Below, piece after piece: positions 38,754 through 50,889 of a stretch of DNA of 64,000 nucleotides. Made by a program: the position numbers and the translations under genes. Position 1 is the stretch's first letter. Every line of letters starts with the position of its first letter. The DNA comes from Selaginella moellendorffii (taxonomy: Eukaryota > Plantae > Lycopodiophyta): the NCBI RefSeq assembly GCF_000143415.4, contig NW_003314289.1:29109-93108 (forward strand), read 5' to 3'. Below the pieces are notes generated by a model. That model was not told the origin of the DNA, ran no database searches, and saw only the letters and a list, made by a program, of their open reading frames with translations.

Positions 38754-41700
38754 NNNNNNNNNNNNNNNNNNNNNNNNNNNNNNNNNNNNNNNNNNNNNNN
38801 NNNNNNNNNNNNNNNNNNNNNNNNNNNNNNNNNNNNNNNNNNNNNNNNNNNNNCACATAATAAGTTGTGAGGGCCAAATGTACAACTACAATGCTGTATA
38901 CTAATATTAACGTAATGGGATTTTGGTAGCCGTCAGATAGGTTTCAATCCAGACCACTCGCTCCTGTATATAAGCTAGGGTTTTTGGGTTAATTAATATG
39001 CACATTTTCTATATTCCCTTTCCATATTCCAAGCACTCACATTGGTGGAGATGAAGGGCACCTTTGATTGTCCCTGAGAAGTGCTTGGATTTGGGATTTT
39101 GGTTTAAATCTAGCTTTTGCATTGTCTAGATCTAGCTTTTTCCATTTCCTTCCTTTTATTATTTCCTTTCAGGATTTTGGTTTAAATCTAGCTTTTTGCA
39201 TTGTCTAGATCTATCATTTCCTTCTAGCTTTTTGTCATTTCTTTTCTTTTGCTCTTTCTTTTTCATTCGCCTCCATGGCAGATCAGCAATCTCCTCCTTT
39301 GACTCTAGAGCATCAGTTGGTACAATTACTTGATGCTATACGCTTGCAATTAAACAACCAAACTCAGTTAATGGTGGCATTCACAGCACAGGGTACAACT
39401 CCTCCTGCTCTTGGTGCCAATCCTCACGTTCAGCCGGAGTTCTTTCACAGGAATCCTAGGGATGATGTGTACTATTGGTTCGATCACTTCATGGTGATTG
39501 CCACATATCATTCTTCAGATGATGCTCGACGTTTGTGTGAGTTTCCCACATGTCTTCAAGGGACGGCATTGCAGTGGTACAACGGTTTGAGCGCAGCCAC
39601 TCATGGGGATTGGAGTGTTCTTCCGAATGTTTTCAAACGCACCTTCGGACATGCCGATGACTAGGATGATGCTTTCCAACAATTGCATCGTCTTCGCCAA
39701 GGGCCATCTGAGTCGGTGATGCAATTTGGCGTTCGTTTCCGAAGTCTTTTGCTTGATGCGGAGCCAAATATGTCGGAGCAGATCAAGCTAGGAATGTTGT
39801 GGCCAACACTTCGTCAAGATCTTGTCGGACTTGTGCATGCACGTGCTCCTGCCACCCTTGACGATGCTCTTCGCTTGGCACAACATTATGAGACATCGCC
39901 TCTTCCACTTCTTGTTGCACGTCCTTCAGCTCCTCTTCCTATAGGTGATGGTTCTGTTCCAATGGAGGCTGATGCTGCTGTTGCTCCAGTCCAAGGACAA
40001 GAGCGAGGACGTGGTCGTGGCCGTGATGTTTGCTGCTGGGCGTGTGACGAAGTTGGTCATACTTATCGGCGTTGTCGGCATTTTCCGGATTGGCGACCTC
40101 CATTTTCTAGGTGGAGACCTTGGCATCAGCAACATCCCGTTGGTGCTGCTGCAATGGAAGGTTTGGACACCGAGATACATCCGGGAAACGAGGAGTCACG
40201 CGAGTAACAGAGGGACCTTGCGCGAATAAGTCATTAACCCCTCCATCTTTCTTTCGGGAGTATCATCAAGGGGTTCACTCGGCACCAGTTCATCTAGTGT
40301 TTACTTGGCAAGCTTGTTTTTATAACAAGAGGTCTCCTATTATTCTCTCCATGTTGGTTGATACAGGTTCGAGTTTATCTTCTATTTCTCGACATATTGC
40401 CACACGTTGCTGTCTACACTTGTGTCATGTGGTAGAACTAGTTTTCATTCTTTATGGCAACAGCCGTACATATGCATGTGCACTGGATGAGGTGGACCTG
40501 GTTGTGTGTGTGGGCAATCTCAAGCTTGAGTTGCAGTCATTGCAAGTGGTGCCGAGTCAAGCTTTTGACCGCATTCTTGATATGGATTGGTTGCAGCGCA
40601 ATCATGCGAAGTGTGATTTTGAGGCTTCTCCCCCTTGTCTCATACTTCCTTATGTTTCATCCATTCCTCTCACTTCCATCCCTCTTCATCCCTCTACTTC
40701 TACCTTTGCTTCCATTACTTTTGTTCCTCCACTATTTCCTCCTATGTTTCCGTCTTGTTCTGCTCTTCCCTTTTCCGATCCCTCCGACAATCTTTGTGTT
40801 GTAGCAGTTGACCAGCTCATGAAGGAGTATTCTAATCTCTTTGAATTTGACTTATCATCTAGGGCCAAGATTGCCATACATCATCCAATTCCAAGTGAGG
40901 ATGCTCGTCCAATCAAGGTTCCTATTCATCATTGGTCACCCAAGGAGATCAAGATTTTGCATGCAAACGTAAAGGAGATGTTAGAGAAGGGTGTTATTCG
41001 AAAGTTGCAAAGTCCTTGGGCATATGAACCTCATTTTGTGACGAAGCCTAATGGGAGTATTTGTTTCTGCATTAACTATCATCCGTTAAATGAAGTGATG
41101 ATCCCAGATGTGTACCCTCTTCCTCACACTATTGATCTCTTGGATTGTCTGGGGCGAAGTCGTTGGTTCACCAAGTTGGATCTTGCTTTTGGGTACTGAC
41201 AAGTACCGATGGCTGAAGAAGATATTCCTAAGATTGCTTTTTGTATACCATTTGGTTTGTATGAGTTCTTAATGATGCCGTTTGGTTTGAACAATGCTCC
41301 AGCAACTTTCCAGCGGATGATGGATGAGGTTCTTTGCGATATGCCAGAGGTGATTGCTGACTTCATTGATGATGTTTTGATCCACTCGGAGGGGATGTGG
41401 GAGGAGCACGTTCTTGATATTTGTAAAGTGTTAGATCGACTACGCGACGTTAGTTTAAAGGTGAAGTGGTCAAAGTGCGTGTTTGGGTCCAAGGACACAA
41501 CTTATCTTGGGTACCGTATTTCTCATGAGGGTTTGTAAGTTGATCCTGACAACCTTGTGGCTGTTCTAAAGTTCCCTACTCCGAAGTGTGTGAATGATGT
41601 GCAGCATGTGAGACACAAATCTCTAAGCCCCAAAGTGGAGCCAAAAGGGTGCCATGTGGTAGTGGCCGAAGTGAATGCCAAACGAGCGTAACACGTTTGG

Positions 41701-41829
41701 ACTAAAAGCTCCTACTTGAAAAGTCGAGAGCTAGAGTGGAACTCCCAATGAAATGCTCAAGGAACAAGCACAAAGTGAGCAATAAGTGAGTCTCTAGAAA
41801 AGAGACACAAGAAGACCAACACATGACAC

Positions 41830-42210
41830 AAGATGGAGTCCAAGATGGACCCAAGATGGAGTTCGAGATGGACCCGAGATGGAGTCCGAGATGGATCCGA
41901 GATGGAGTTCGAGATGGACCCAAGATGGAGTCCGAGATGGACCTGAGATGGAGTTCGAGGTGGAGTCCAAGATGGACCCGAGATGAAGTTCGAGATGGAG
42001 TTCGAGATGGAGTCCGAGATGGACCCAAGATGGACCCGAGATGGAGTCCGAGATGGACCCGAGATGGAATCCGAGAAGGACCCGAGACGGAGTCCGAGAC
42101 CGGGACTGAGACCAAGACCGAGGCCGAGGTCGAGGCCGAGACCGAGCCCAAGCCTGAGTCCGAGTCCAAGTCCAAGTCCGAGTCCGAGTCTGAGTCTGAG
42201 TTTGAGTCTG
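41830..42210. repeat. 11/12-bp minisatellite (GGAGTCCGAGAT/GGACCCGAGAT) grading into 6-bp repeats, inside the LTR of element C
   Basis: Read directly; it explains the low-complexity ORFs on both strands here. Confidence 0.85.
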
Positions 42211-45200
42211 AGAGGGTGAAAGCCCAAAGCATTCATCTCCCAGACCCTAGGGGATTTGGTGAGCTCTAAAAGTATAGTAGGAGGAAGACTCCAATGGAGC
42301 CAGTTTGGCCAAGAAATGCCAATTTGGCCCAGGAAGGCAATACCCAAGTGTTGGGTGATGGGATAACCATTCAGAAGTCCAAGGCTAGAGTGAATACAGA
42401 ACAACAAGTGGGGTAACTTGGTGAAGTGTTCAAGAGCTGGCTCTAAATCCCCCGGGAGATCAAATAGTCGATGCTCCCAGTCCAAGTGTGGATGGCACTA
42501 CCTACTTGGATACCTGGCGTGGCTCAATGGAACCTCACTCTAAGCCCATGGCAAGAGCACCTAAAAGCGGGAGGTGGGGAGAGTACTCACAGGGCTCGCA
42601 TAGAGCCACAGTATTCCGAAATGTTGCCCCAAAGTCTAGACTGTGGAAAAGAGGAAAAGCAATCCTCTAGTGTAGTGACTAAGGATATGGTCACATGGTG
42701 AGGAAGTCCAAGAGGATAGTGGGATTTAGTGGTCAAGTATGTGAGCCTTGACCTAGTGGCAATGTCAGCGAATACGGCCATGAACAAAAAGGGACTTGGT
42801 GGGGATTGGAAAAGGGACATTGGGGAAGGTTGTTCCTCATGACTGTGGGCATCCTAAGGATGTTAAGAAGTGGATCTAGGATGACCACTCGTGAACAGAT
42901 AGCCTAGTCTGTGAAAGACGGGATTGTGGTGCAAGTGGTGTTAGACCACCAATATGGCAAAGGTGAATGAACATAGCCTTAGCATAACGGGCCAATATGT
43001 CGGTAGTACCTTTGGGTGGCAGTCATGGGATCAGACATGTGGAGCACTTGGACCAAGTGCATAGGTTGAGTGGCAGGGATGCCATTCTTGAGACTAGCTA
43101 GCCCCAAGTCCGAAATAGGATTTATAGAGGTTGTGAGTGAGATTCCTCCAAGTGGTCGGAGGTATGGTTAAGTGACTAAAGTGGAATAGAAAAATTAGTC
43201 GCTTACAACTTGGTATCAGAACTATTCCTCAGTTCGACTTTTATTAGTGCTCAAGTATATCACCACTGGTGTTGGCATCAGAAGGTCCTAGAAGTGGCCT
43301 ATCCTTGGGGAGTAGCAGGTTGGGAAGACATGGCTCTACACTACAATTCATATATAAACTTGTAGGCAAGGTGGTGGATAGAAAAGGGTTAATAATGGAA
43401 CGACTTTGGGATCTTGGGAATAGTACAAGGTTTTCCTTAGAGAGTTGAGGATGTGATCCAAATGAACGTTTGACTCAGCAAACTAGCTAATGTTTTTGTG
43501 GTAAACAACTATAGTTGGGATCATGGGAAAAATAAAGACTCCAAAACTATAAAGGAGTCACAAGATTATCCTCATATAGTTGAGGTTGGTGCTCATGAAT
43601 TTGAGACTAAAATTAATGACCGTGAAAGGTCAAATACAGAAGAGGACACAAGTCCTCAAAATGGTAGCTAAGGCTACCTTTGATAAATGCTGGAACAACC
43701 CAAGGAGTTGGGGGTGTACTTAAAGGATGAGTTGGTATTCTCATCACATGGACAAATAATCCAAAGGGGCAAAGGTTGCCCCAAGGAACAATATCAAGTG
43801 TTCTAGTGACACTTGCAAAGATGGTCCTTGTGAGTAGGACATGAATACAAGAAGTTGTATTTTAGTGAGCTAGCACCTCAAATAGGACATTATGGGTCAT
43901 TAGATTTTAAAGTCCAAAAATGCTAGATGACTCAAGTAGAGTCAAGGAATTGGCCTAAGGGATCGCTAAAAGCATTTGGACTGAAGTGTGTTGTGCCCCA
44001 CGAAGGTTAGGGAGGATCATAAAATCCAAGTATGAGAACAGTAAGTATTTCATCAATGGTAGAATGTGCTATACTAAAGTTGTGGGGAAGGTGTTCCCAA
44101 AAGAATACAACTTTGACACAAAGTTGTGAGTAAACTCTATGGCGTAGTGTTAACGGATAGTTGGCATGAGAAAGAACTGTATTAGTCTTAGCAAGGACCT
44201 AGACACAAGTAAGAAGTGTTATAAAGATAGGCTCGTGCAGCCGATGGTGTGAAGATACTGAATATGCCAAGGCGTGATACCTTAAGGTGAGTTGGTGGGT
44301 TCATGTGAACCCTTTCCCAAACGAATTCTAATAGAAATGGGAATGGCATAGCCTAAGTTGGAAGGCATGCAATTGGAGTGTGGTGACCCAGATAATGATG
44401 AAGGTGTGGAAGCACCAGTAATGAGTTGTAGGACTTGACAACTATGAGGCAACTAAGCAAAAAGTGCAAAATAATCGGTTAAACTAGTAGCAGATAGCTA
44501 CCCAAGACTTCTTAATGGCATAAGGAAGTTAGATATACCCTTATGGGGGGAATAAATTGCTTATGTGCTAATATAGTAAGTCAATATCATAAAAAGAAAT
44601 GCTCATTGGCAAAGATGCCATCATTGGGACACCCAAACACTTTAGAACACCAGGAGGTGTTATTTGATGTCGCAAGGGCAATAAATAAAGCCTAAGGGAC
44701 TAAGTCCTTAGCAAATGATGTATAGAAGATGCTATCCAAACGTCCAAGGTTGCAAAGACGGGAGAAATCCATCTACCCGAATTAGACAAAGCAAAAAATA
44801 GAATTTTGGCATGGGCATATAAAAGCCCATATGTAGCAACATTAATCCTGGTATGTGGGATTATAAAGTGAGCATACCCGATTTGAGGAACCACTCCCTA
44901 GGCTATCAGGTAGGTTCATCTCCAAGAATACTTGCTAAGGCATGGTAGAAAGTGCAAAGCCATCCTCCTAGTTTAGAGGCGAATAACCGAAGGAAATGTG
45001 TGAGGCCAAAAGCAAGTAGTAAGGGGATAGAACTAAACCATAAGAATTGAAGAGCATAACCAAGGGTGGTTATGTCAGTTGGGAGTGGAGAATCAAATGG
45101 GCGCTCGAGCATGTTGTTACTAGCAACCGTGGTGCCATGAAGAGTCTAAAGCATGGAATTGTCCATGCTAGACCATATGGCAATTAGAAACCTTGCGAAA

Positions 45201-45555
45201 GGAGAGGCCTTAACAAGCTAAGGGACAGAGTTCCTTCAAGGTTCCCAAAGATAATTCTAGGTAGCGTAGTACCTAGAAAGCCAAGTGTAAATGGTTCATA
45301 GAATGTGCAAAATCAAAGTGGCACAACAAAAGTGTGGTCTTGAAGCTTGCTATAAGGCAATGCTATCAAGGTTGGGGAAGTAGTTCCCAAAGGTTCAAAA
45401 GGATGACTTTGAACGAAAGTCGATGGTTAAGGACTTTCACGCTTATGCATGAAACCATGTTACATTGGTCAGATGACTTGCTAAGCGAGAGTGGCAAGTC
45501 AGGGGAACGAATCCCCTAGTTGAAGGTGCTAACTTAAAAAAGGGTGGCCCATGGG

Positions 45556-46321
45556 TGTAGCACACCATATCTCTCTCCCCTTAAGCCAATTGGAAAAGGG
45601 GCAATTGCTTGATGAGAGAGCTTTTAGTGGCTATTTTATCCCCATTTATCCCCTAAGGTTCCAAGGATCCACAGTAACAATATATCTAAATCTCATCCCA
45701 TGATCACATGTGCTACACTCACCCCCCCTTCAGAGAGGTCAATATCCTTATTGACTATTGACTAGCAACCCCTACTGAGCCAAGGGGAACAAGGGGAACT
45801 AGCACTTGCGGAAACTTCCATTTCCGCATTGAATCTACCAATCCTTCTATTGTATAGACTAGCTATTCCATGTGAGGCAACTAGTCATCCACTTGTACTG
45901 CAGTCCCACGGTGGATACCTTCGTCCATGGATACTCCACACAAGAGGAAGAACATACGCATGGATGCCCAATACATACGATTTCAAATTTAGGGGTAGGA
46001 ATATACCTTGCTCAAGGGTATATTATACTTTTAAGTAGCCATTAATCGTACGATTTCAAATTGAGGGGTAGGAATATACCTTGCTCAAGGGTATATTATA
46101 TTTTTAAGTAGGCATTAATCAATAGAAATCAAACCCGTGCCATTTCCTCTGATACCAACTGTAGGACACTTTATCTCTCTCCCCTTAAGCCAACTGGAAA
46201 AGGGGCAATTGCTTGATAAGAGAGCCCTTAATGGCTATTTTATCCCCATTTATCCCCTAAAGTTCCAAGGATCCACAGTGACAGTATATCCAAATCTCAT
46301 CCCATGATCACATGCGCTACA
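45556..46321 (-). mobile_element. TRIM copy 2 (intact)
   Basis: 162-bp LTRs at 45556-45717 and 46160-46321, perfect 5-bp TSD ATGGG, PBS TGGTATCAGAG and PPT GAAGGGGGGGTGAG on the minus strand, and a ~73-bp internal tandem duplication (~45976-46120). Confidence 0.92.
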
Positions 46322-48934
46322 ATGGGGCCAAGTATGGAGGAGTCCATGCATGATCATAGATTTGTCAAGTGAGAGGACTTGGCAATTTGAAAGGACTAGA
46401 TTCCTAAATTATTATCCGTAGCATGCTTTGGATATAAATTGGTGCACCGGCGTGGGGAGTCACACCAAACATCCTATGTGATGTCATTCATAAATGCATA
46501 TGCAGAGGTTGGGTTTGAGTCCCGACCCTTTAGTTGTTGGGTTCGAGTCCCAAATCATTAGAGCATGGTGATGGTTTGGAATATGAGGACACTCATATTT
46601 TGGTGGTCATGGACTCTCAATGAGGAGATTGGTTTGGGCACACCGCCAAGTAGGAGATGCCCTAGAGTCGTGATGCACGGTTAGATTGCTTAGAGTGAAA
46701 GCTCGGCATATCTAACTTGAACACTTTGGTGTAAAGGGCACCAAAGACGTGGTGAATGAGATGGGGACACTTAGTCTCAGTTGCTATGGATCCTTGGCCG
46801 GAAGGGCTGGCTTGGGCGCACTGCCAAGTGTGGGGGATGCCCCTAGGGTCATAGTCAACAATTTAAAAGGGTTTGGAAGACTCTATTAGTAGACCTGTTA
46901 AGGGGTTAAGATGAAGACACTAGGTGATCTTGTGGCTAAACAAGGACAAAGTCTTTGTTTGGGTTAAGGAATATGATTCCTAGTTCAAAGTTGAGTTGAA
47001 CTATTAAGAATGGTGTGGCTTGGTCAAGGTGACCAAGTGGGAAGGACACCTAAAGGGAAATCAGTTGTGCCAATATGATGGTATAGTAAGTCCAAGGAAG
47101 TAATGTCTACGAGAGACATATGGGAGGGTCGCAAAGTTGGGCCGTGGACAAAGCCCGTAGCAGAAAATGGTACCTTTGGGTGTCAGTCATGGGATCGGAC
47201 ATGTGGAGCACTTAGACCAAGTGCATAGGTTGAGTGGCAGGGATGGCATTCTTGGGGCTAGCTAACCCTAAGTCCAGAATAAGACTTATGGAGGTTGTGA
47301 GTGAGACTCTTCCAAGTGGTCAAAGGTATGGTTAAGTGACTAAAGTGGAATAGAAAAATTAGTCCCTTACACAACACTTCTTGAGCAAGGTACAGTATCT
47401 CAGTCGTTTTGTGGATCATCTTTCTGATCGCACTACACCATTGCGAGCGTTGCTGAAGTCATTAACATCATCTTTCATTTGGTCTCCAGATTGTGAGCAG
47501 GCGTTCGGGGATCTCAAAGAGCTATTGACGACTCCTCCAATTTTGGCATATCCTAACTACACTTGACCTTTTATTTTGTGTGTGGATGTTTCTGACATTG
47601 GTTTTGGAGATGTGTTAATGCAAGAGAGCTTGAGTGTGCCTGGTCAGTGCTATCCCATTGCGTATATAAGCTATACATTACAACTAGCAGAAATCAACTA
47701 CTCCACGACAGAGAAGGAGTGTTTAGCAACAGTTTGGGGTTTCAAGAAACTTCATGCATATCTACATGGTTCTAAAACGTTACTTGAAGGTGATCATGCT
47801 GCTGTTACTTCATTATTGAAGTAGAAGAACTTGGTTGGTCGTACTGCTCGATGGGCTTTGAAGCTTCAAATATATGATTTTGATGTTGTTCATCGCCTAG
47901 GGAGTTCTATGGCTGATACTAATGCCCTTTCTCGAGCTCCTCTTTTTTCTCCATTCTCTTTTCATGTTTTTGACGAGCCTGTTGTTCCAGAATTTATGGA
48001 TTTTCTAGACGAGGATTTTGTGCCATTGGCGGTTGCTGTACTTGACATTTAGTGTCCACAAGGCGTAGAGCAAAATCTACCTTCGCTTGATGAGGTTCGC
48101 GAGGTTCAAAAAATTGAACTGTGGATTCGAAGGCTTCGAGATGGGTTTGAGAATCCTACATCACTTGCTGATGACTTGCCTTTTCGGCATTTACACCCTT
48201 TTCCCCATCTTATAGTATGTGGTTTATCCAAGGGGCTTCTTACGCAATGGAAAGGACCGTATCAGGTGTTGCGGCAAGTTGAACCACAAGTTTATGAGGT
48301 TCGGCATGACATCTAGCAAGCCGATCCTCCAAAGATTATGCATGTGCAACAATTGAAACACTTCATAGAAAGGGATCAGGAGTAGTTAATACCACTTACA
48401 GATCTGCGGATGCCTCCTTCTGATGTTCCTCCAGATCCCGGCCCGTCTACAAGAGAACCTTGATAGTCTTCCATTATTCTGAGAGGAGGGGATGATGTGA
48501 GGGCCAAGTGTACGGCTATGATGCCGTATATTAATATTAGTGTAGTGGGATTTTGGTAGCCGTTAGATTGGTTTCAATTCGGACCACTCGCTTTTATATA
48601 TAAATTGGGGTTTTTGGGCTAATTGATATGCACATTTTCTGTATTCCCTTTCTATATTCCAAGCACTCACAAAGTTAAATATTATTATTATATGTCCTTA
48701 AAACAATTAAAATATTAATGTAGTAAAGTTAAAACAAACAGTTAATAATTAATAGTTACATCAAGAGAAGAATATAAAGAATATATTTACCTTCTACATA
48801 TCTAAATAGAAAGTTCTGCATTTATTCTAAATATTTTAAAACTATTATCATATTTTATGAGTATCCTCCCATTGATGAGAAAAGAGAAAACTAAAATGGA
48901 ATAACTAGGTTTATGACTGTGACCCCATTTGGAC

Positions 48935-50651
48935 ATGGCGATGGAATGCGGGAGGCTGGGGAATCTCCTCTGGGATGGAGGCTCAACATTCGATGCCTGG
49001 CTCAACATTTGCTCCACAAAGGTGTGTGATTCATATTACTTTGTTTAATTCTCATGGTGGGATTCCTTAAAAGATTGCAGAGTTGCTTCTCACGATTCCT
49101 CACTCGTGGGCACAAGCAGGCCTGCCTTCTGCAATTGTGGTTCAATTTGTACATCTTTGCATTGGATGGTGGAGTGGCTACACCACGAATCTTCTCTACT
49201 TGGAATACAAGAAAGTCGCCCAGAAACGAGACCCGCATCGATTTGACAATCACACTATTCAGGTGATCTCGTCCCAAGATTCTCTATTATATGGATGGAC
49301 AATTCCATCTCTTTGCTCTTCTACATAGCTTCACGAGGTGCTGGGAGGCCTCATGGGTAAATGGTGGGAGCGAGTATCACTCTTTTTCAACATTGGAACA
49401 CTGGGCACCATAGCCACTGTGGAAATTCTCGCATCCAGCAAGTAAGTTCCCAAGAGCAGTACATTGTGTGGTGTGAGCAAGATGATTTTCTACTTGTGCC
49501 GGCAGCATCGTGTTCTACATGAATGACAGCCTCGACAAGAGAACCTGGGCTTTGATCTTTGGTGGTATCTTTTCCTTGTCAGTGTTTACGCCATCGGCTC
49601 AAAACTATCGAGCATGGTCATTTCTTGGTGTTATCGCGACTATATACACGGCATTCTATCTGATCATCGCAGGAATTGTGCATAAAGAGGCAAGTCGATC
49701 GATTGAAACTTCAACTCCCAAATATTTTTTCTTTCTTTGTGGTATTAGATTCCAGATGTTAACAGGCCGTTTTCCCCTCGGGAGTTCTCAGAGTACTTCA
49801 TTCCTATGACGAATTTCATAGCCTTGGGCACGGAGGCCATCCCTGTGTGAGTATCAAAAGAGTTTCTTTCGTTTATCGAATTCTAGCTGCTTTCTTTAAG
49901 GGAGATTATGGATGCGATGTGGAAGCCAGAGGAATACAAATTGCCGTGGCTCTTTGGAATGGTTTACACTGGATTGGTCTCATTAATCCCCACCATGAGC
50001 TTGTTCTGGAGATTTGGGGATAAGCTCCTCAAACAGGCCAACGCCATAGCTCTACTCCCAAAGTCGATCTTCCGTGACGCTGCAGTGATCCTCCTGCTTC
50101 TACATCAGGCAAGAGCCTTGGAAAACCCTCCGCTTAGCTGGAATGTTTGTGAACAGTTTGTAGTGTTTGGCATGTTCACGCTGCCAATCTACCTGATCTT
50201 TGAGAAGCTCTTCAACGTCCACAACTCGCCAAGCTTTGGAAAGCGCATCCTTGTGAGGGTTCCAGTGTTCCTAGTGATATGGGTGGCAGCTCTTGCATTC
50301 CCGTTTTTCGGGCTTTCAACTCCCATATCAGTTGCCCTGTTTGCAACCTGGGGCCAGTATATCCTTCCATGCAGCGCTTACATCTTCACGTTTTGGAAGC
50401 GCGCCTCAGAAGCTGTAAGTCCTGTGCTTTATCTTCGCTACATTAGTATATGATTGACAATATTCCAGAGCATTGTGGACAAGCACTTCTCTTTGCTAAG
50501 ATGGGAAACGATCTTGAGCATCAACCTTGGCATTGTGTTGTGGATGCTGTTTATGAGCGGGTTCGGGCTATGGGCGAACATCGTTGCCATAGCTAATCAA
50601 GTGCATCAGGTTGGCCTCTTTACTAAATGTTACAACTGCAAGAGAGGATAG
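48935..50651 (+). CDS. Divergent AUX1/LAX-family (AAAP) auxin-influx-carrier-like permease (multi-exon)
   Basis: LLWDGGSTFDAW, LYLEY, HTIQLHEVLGGLMGKWW, NDSLDKRTWALIFG, PSAQNYRAWSFLG, VEIMDAMWKP, FRDAAVILLLLHQF and GLFTKCYNC, all in AUX1/LAX order. Confidence 0.85.
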
Positions 50652-50889
50652 CATTGTTTTTATATATTATAGAATAGATTGACATTTTAAATCCTGTAGT
50701 GTTTTTATTTTATTTTTAATTATAACTAATTAATTAATTTTTAACTTAAAAAGAAAAACTAGTTATGGTGGTGTAACATCATAGACTTTATGGCAACTAC
50801 CACAAGGATTCCACAAATTTACCAAAATCTTTTAAATTCTTCTTCCAAACAAGAAGATTACATTGTTCTCTTTATGATTCATTATTTAT

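Larger units (their letters stand above)
31282..38857 (-). mobile_element. Non-autonomous LTR element with (TA)n-containing LTRs; 3' LTR interrupted by gypsy element B1
   Basis: 31282-31430 matches 38404-38560 (TGTGAGTGC...TTACCTAACTAGGGT followed by (TA)n). PBS-like TAGTGGAGGTGAG on the minus strand at ~38390-38402 and PPT AAAGGGGAAGATGG on the minus strand at ~36522-36535. The interior has no recognisable gag/pol. The right end is obscured by the N gap. Confidence 0.65.
41607..47371 (+). mobile_element. Degenerate LTR element C nested in the B2 pol gene
   Basis: Starts TGTGAGAC and ends CTTACA, with near-TSD CAGCA/CAACA. The long 5' LTR runs to 43207 and is followed by PBS TGGTATCAGA. 47169-47371 repeats ~43005-43207 (truncated 3' LTR). 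The interior is decayed. Confidence 0.8.
38866..48671 (+). mobile_element. Ty3/gypsy element B2 (same family as B1), degenerate, with nested insertion and integrase deletion
   Basis: 176-bp LTRs at 38866-39041 and 48496-48671, 4-bp TSD AAGT, PBS TGGTGGAGATG (tRNA-Ala-like) and PPT GAGAGGAGGGGATGA. Gag spans 39275-40207. Pol is split at 41606/47377, and the integrase core is missing at ~48197 relative to B1. Confidence 0.93.

Noticed and set aside
38528-38885. YIYI-repeat ORFs
   Set aside because: Translations of a TA microsatellite and an N gap.
41702-42485. Repetitive ORFs up to 242 aa on both strands
   Set aside because: Products of the stop-free minisatellite in the element C LTR.
46505-46555. 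GGGTTCGAGTCCC B-box-like motif suggesting a tRNA gene
   Set aside because: No cloverleaf or A-box at tRNA spacing; it lies in a decayed retroelement interior.
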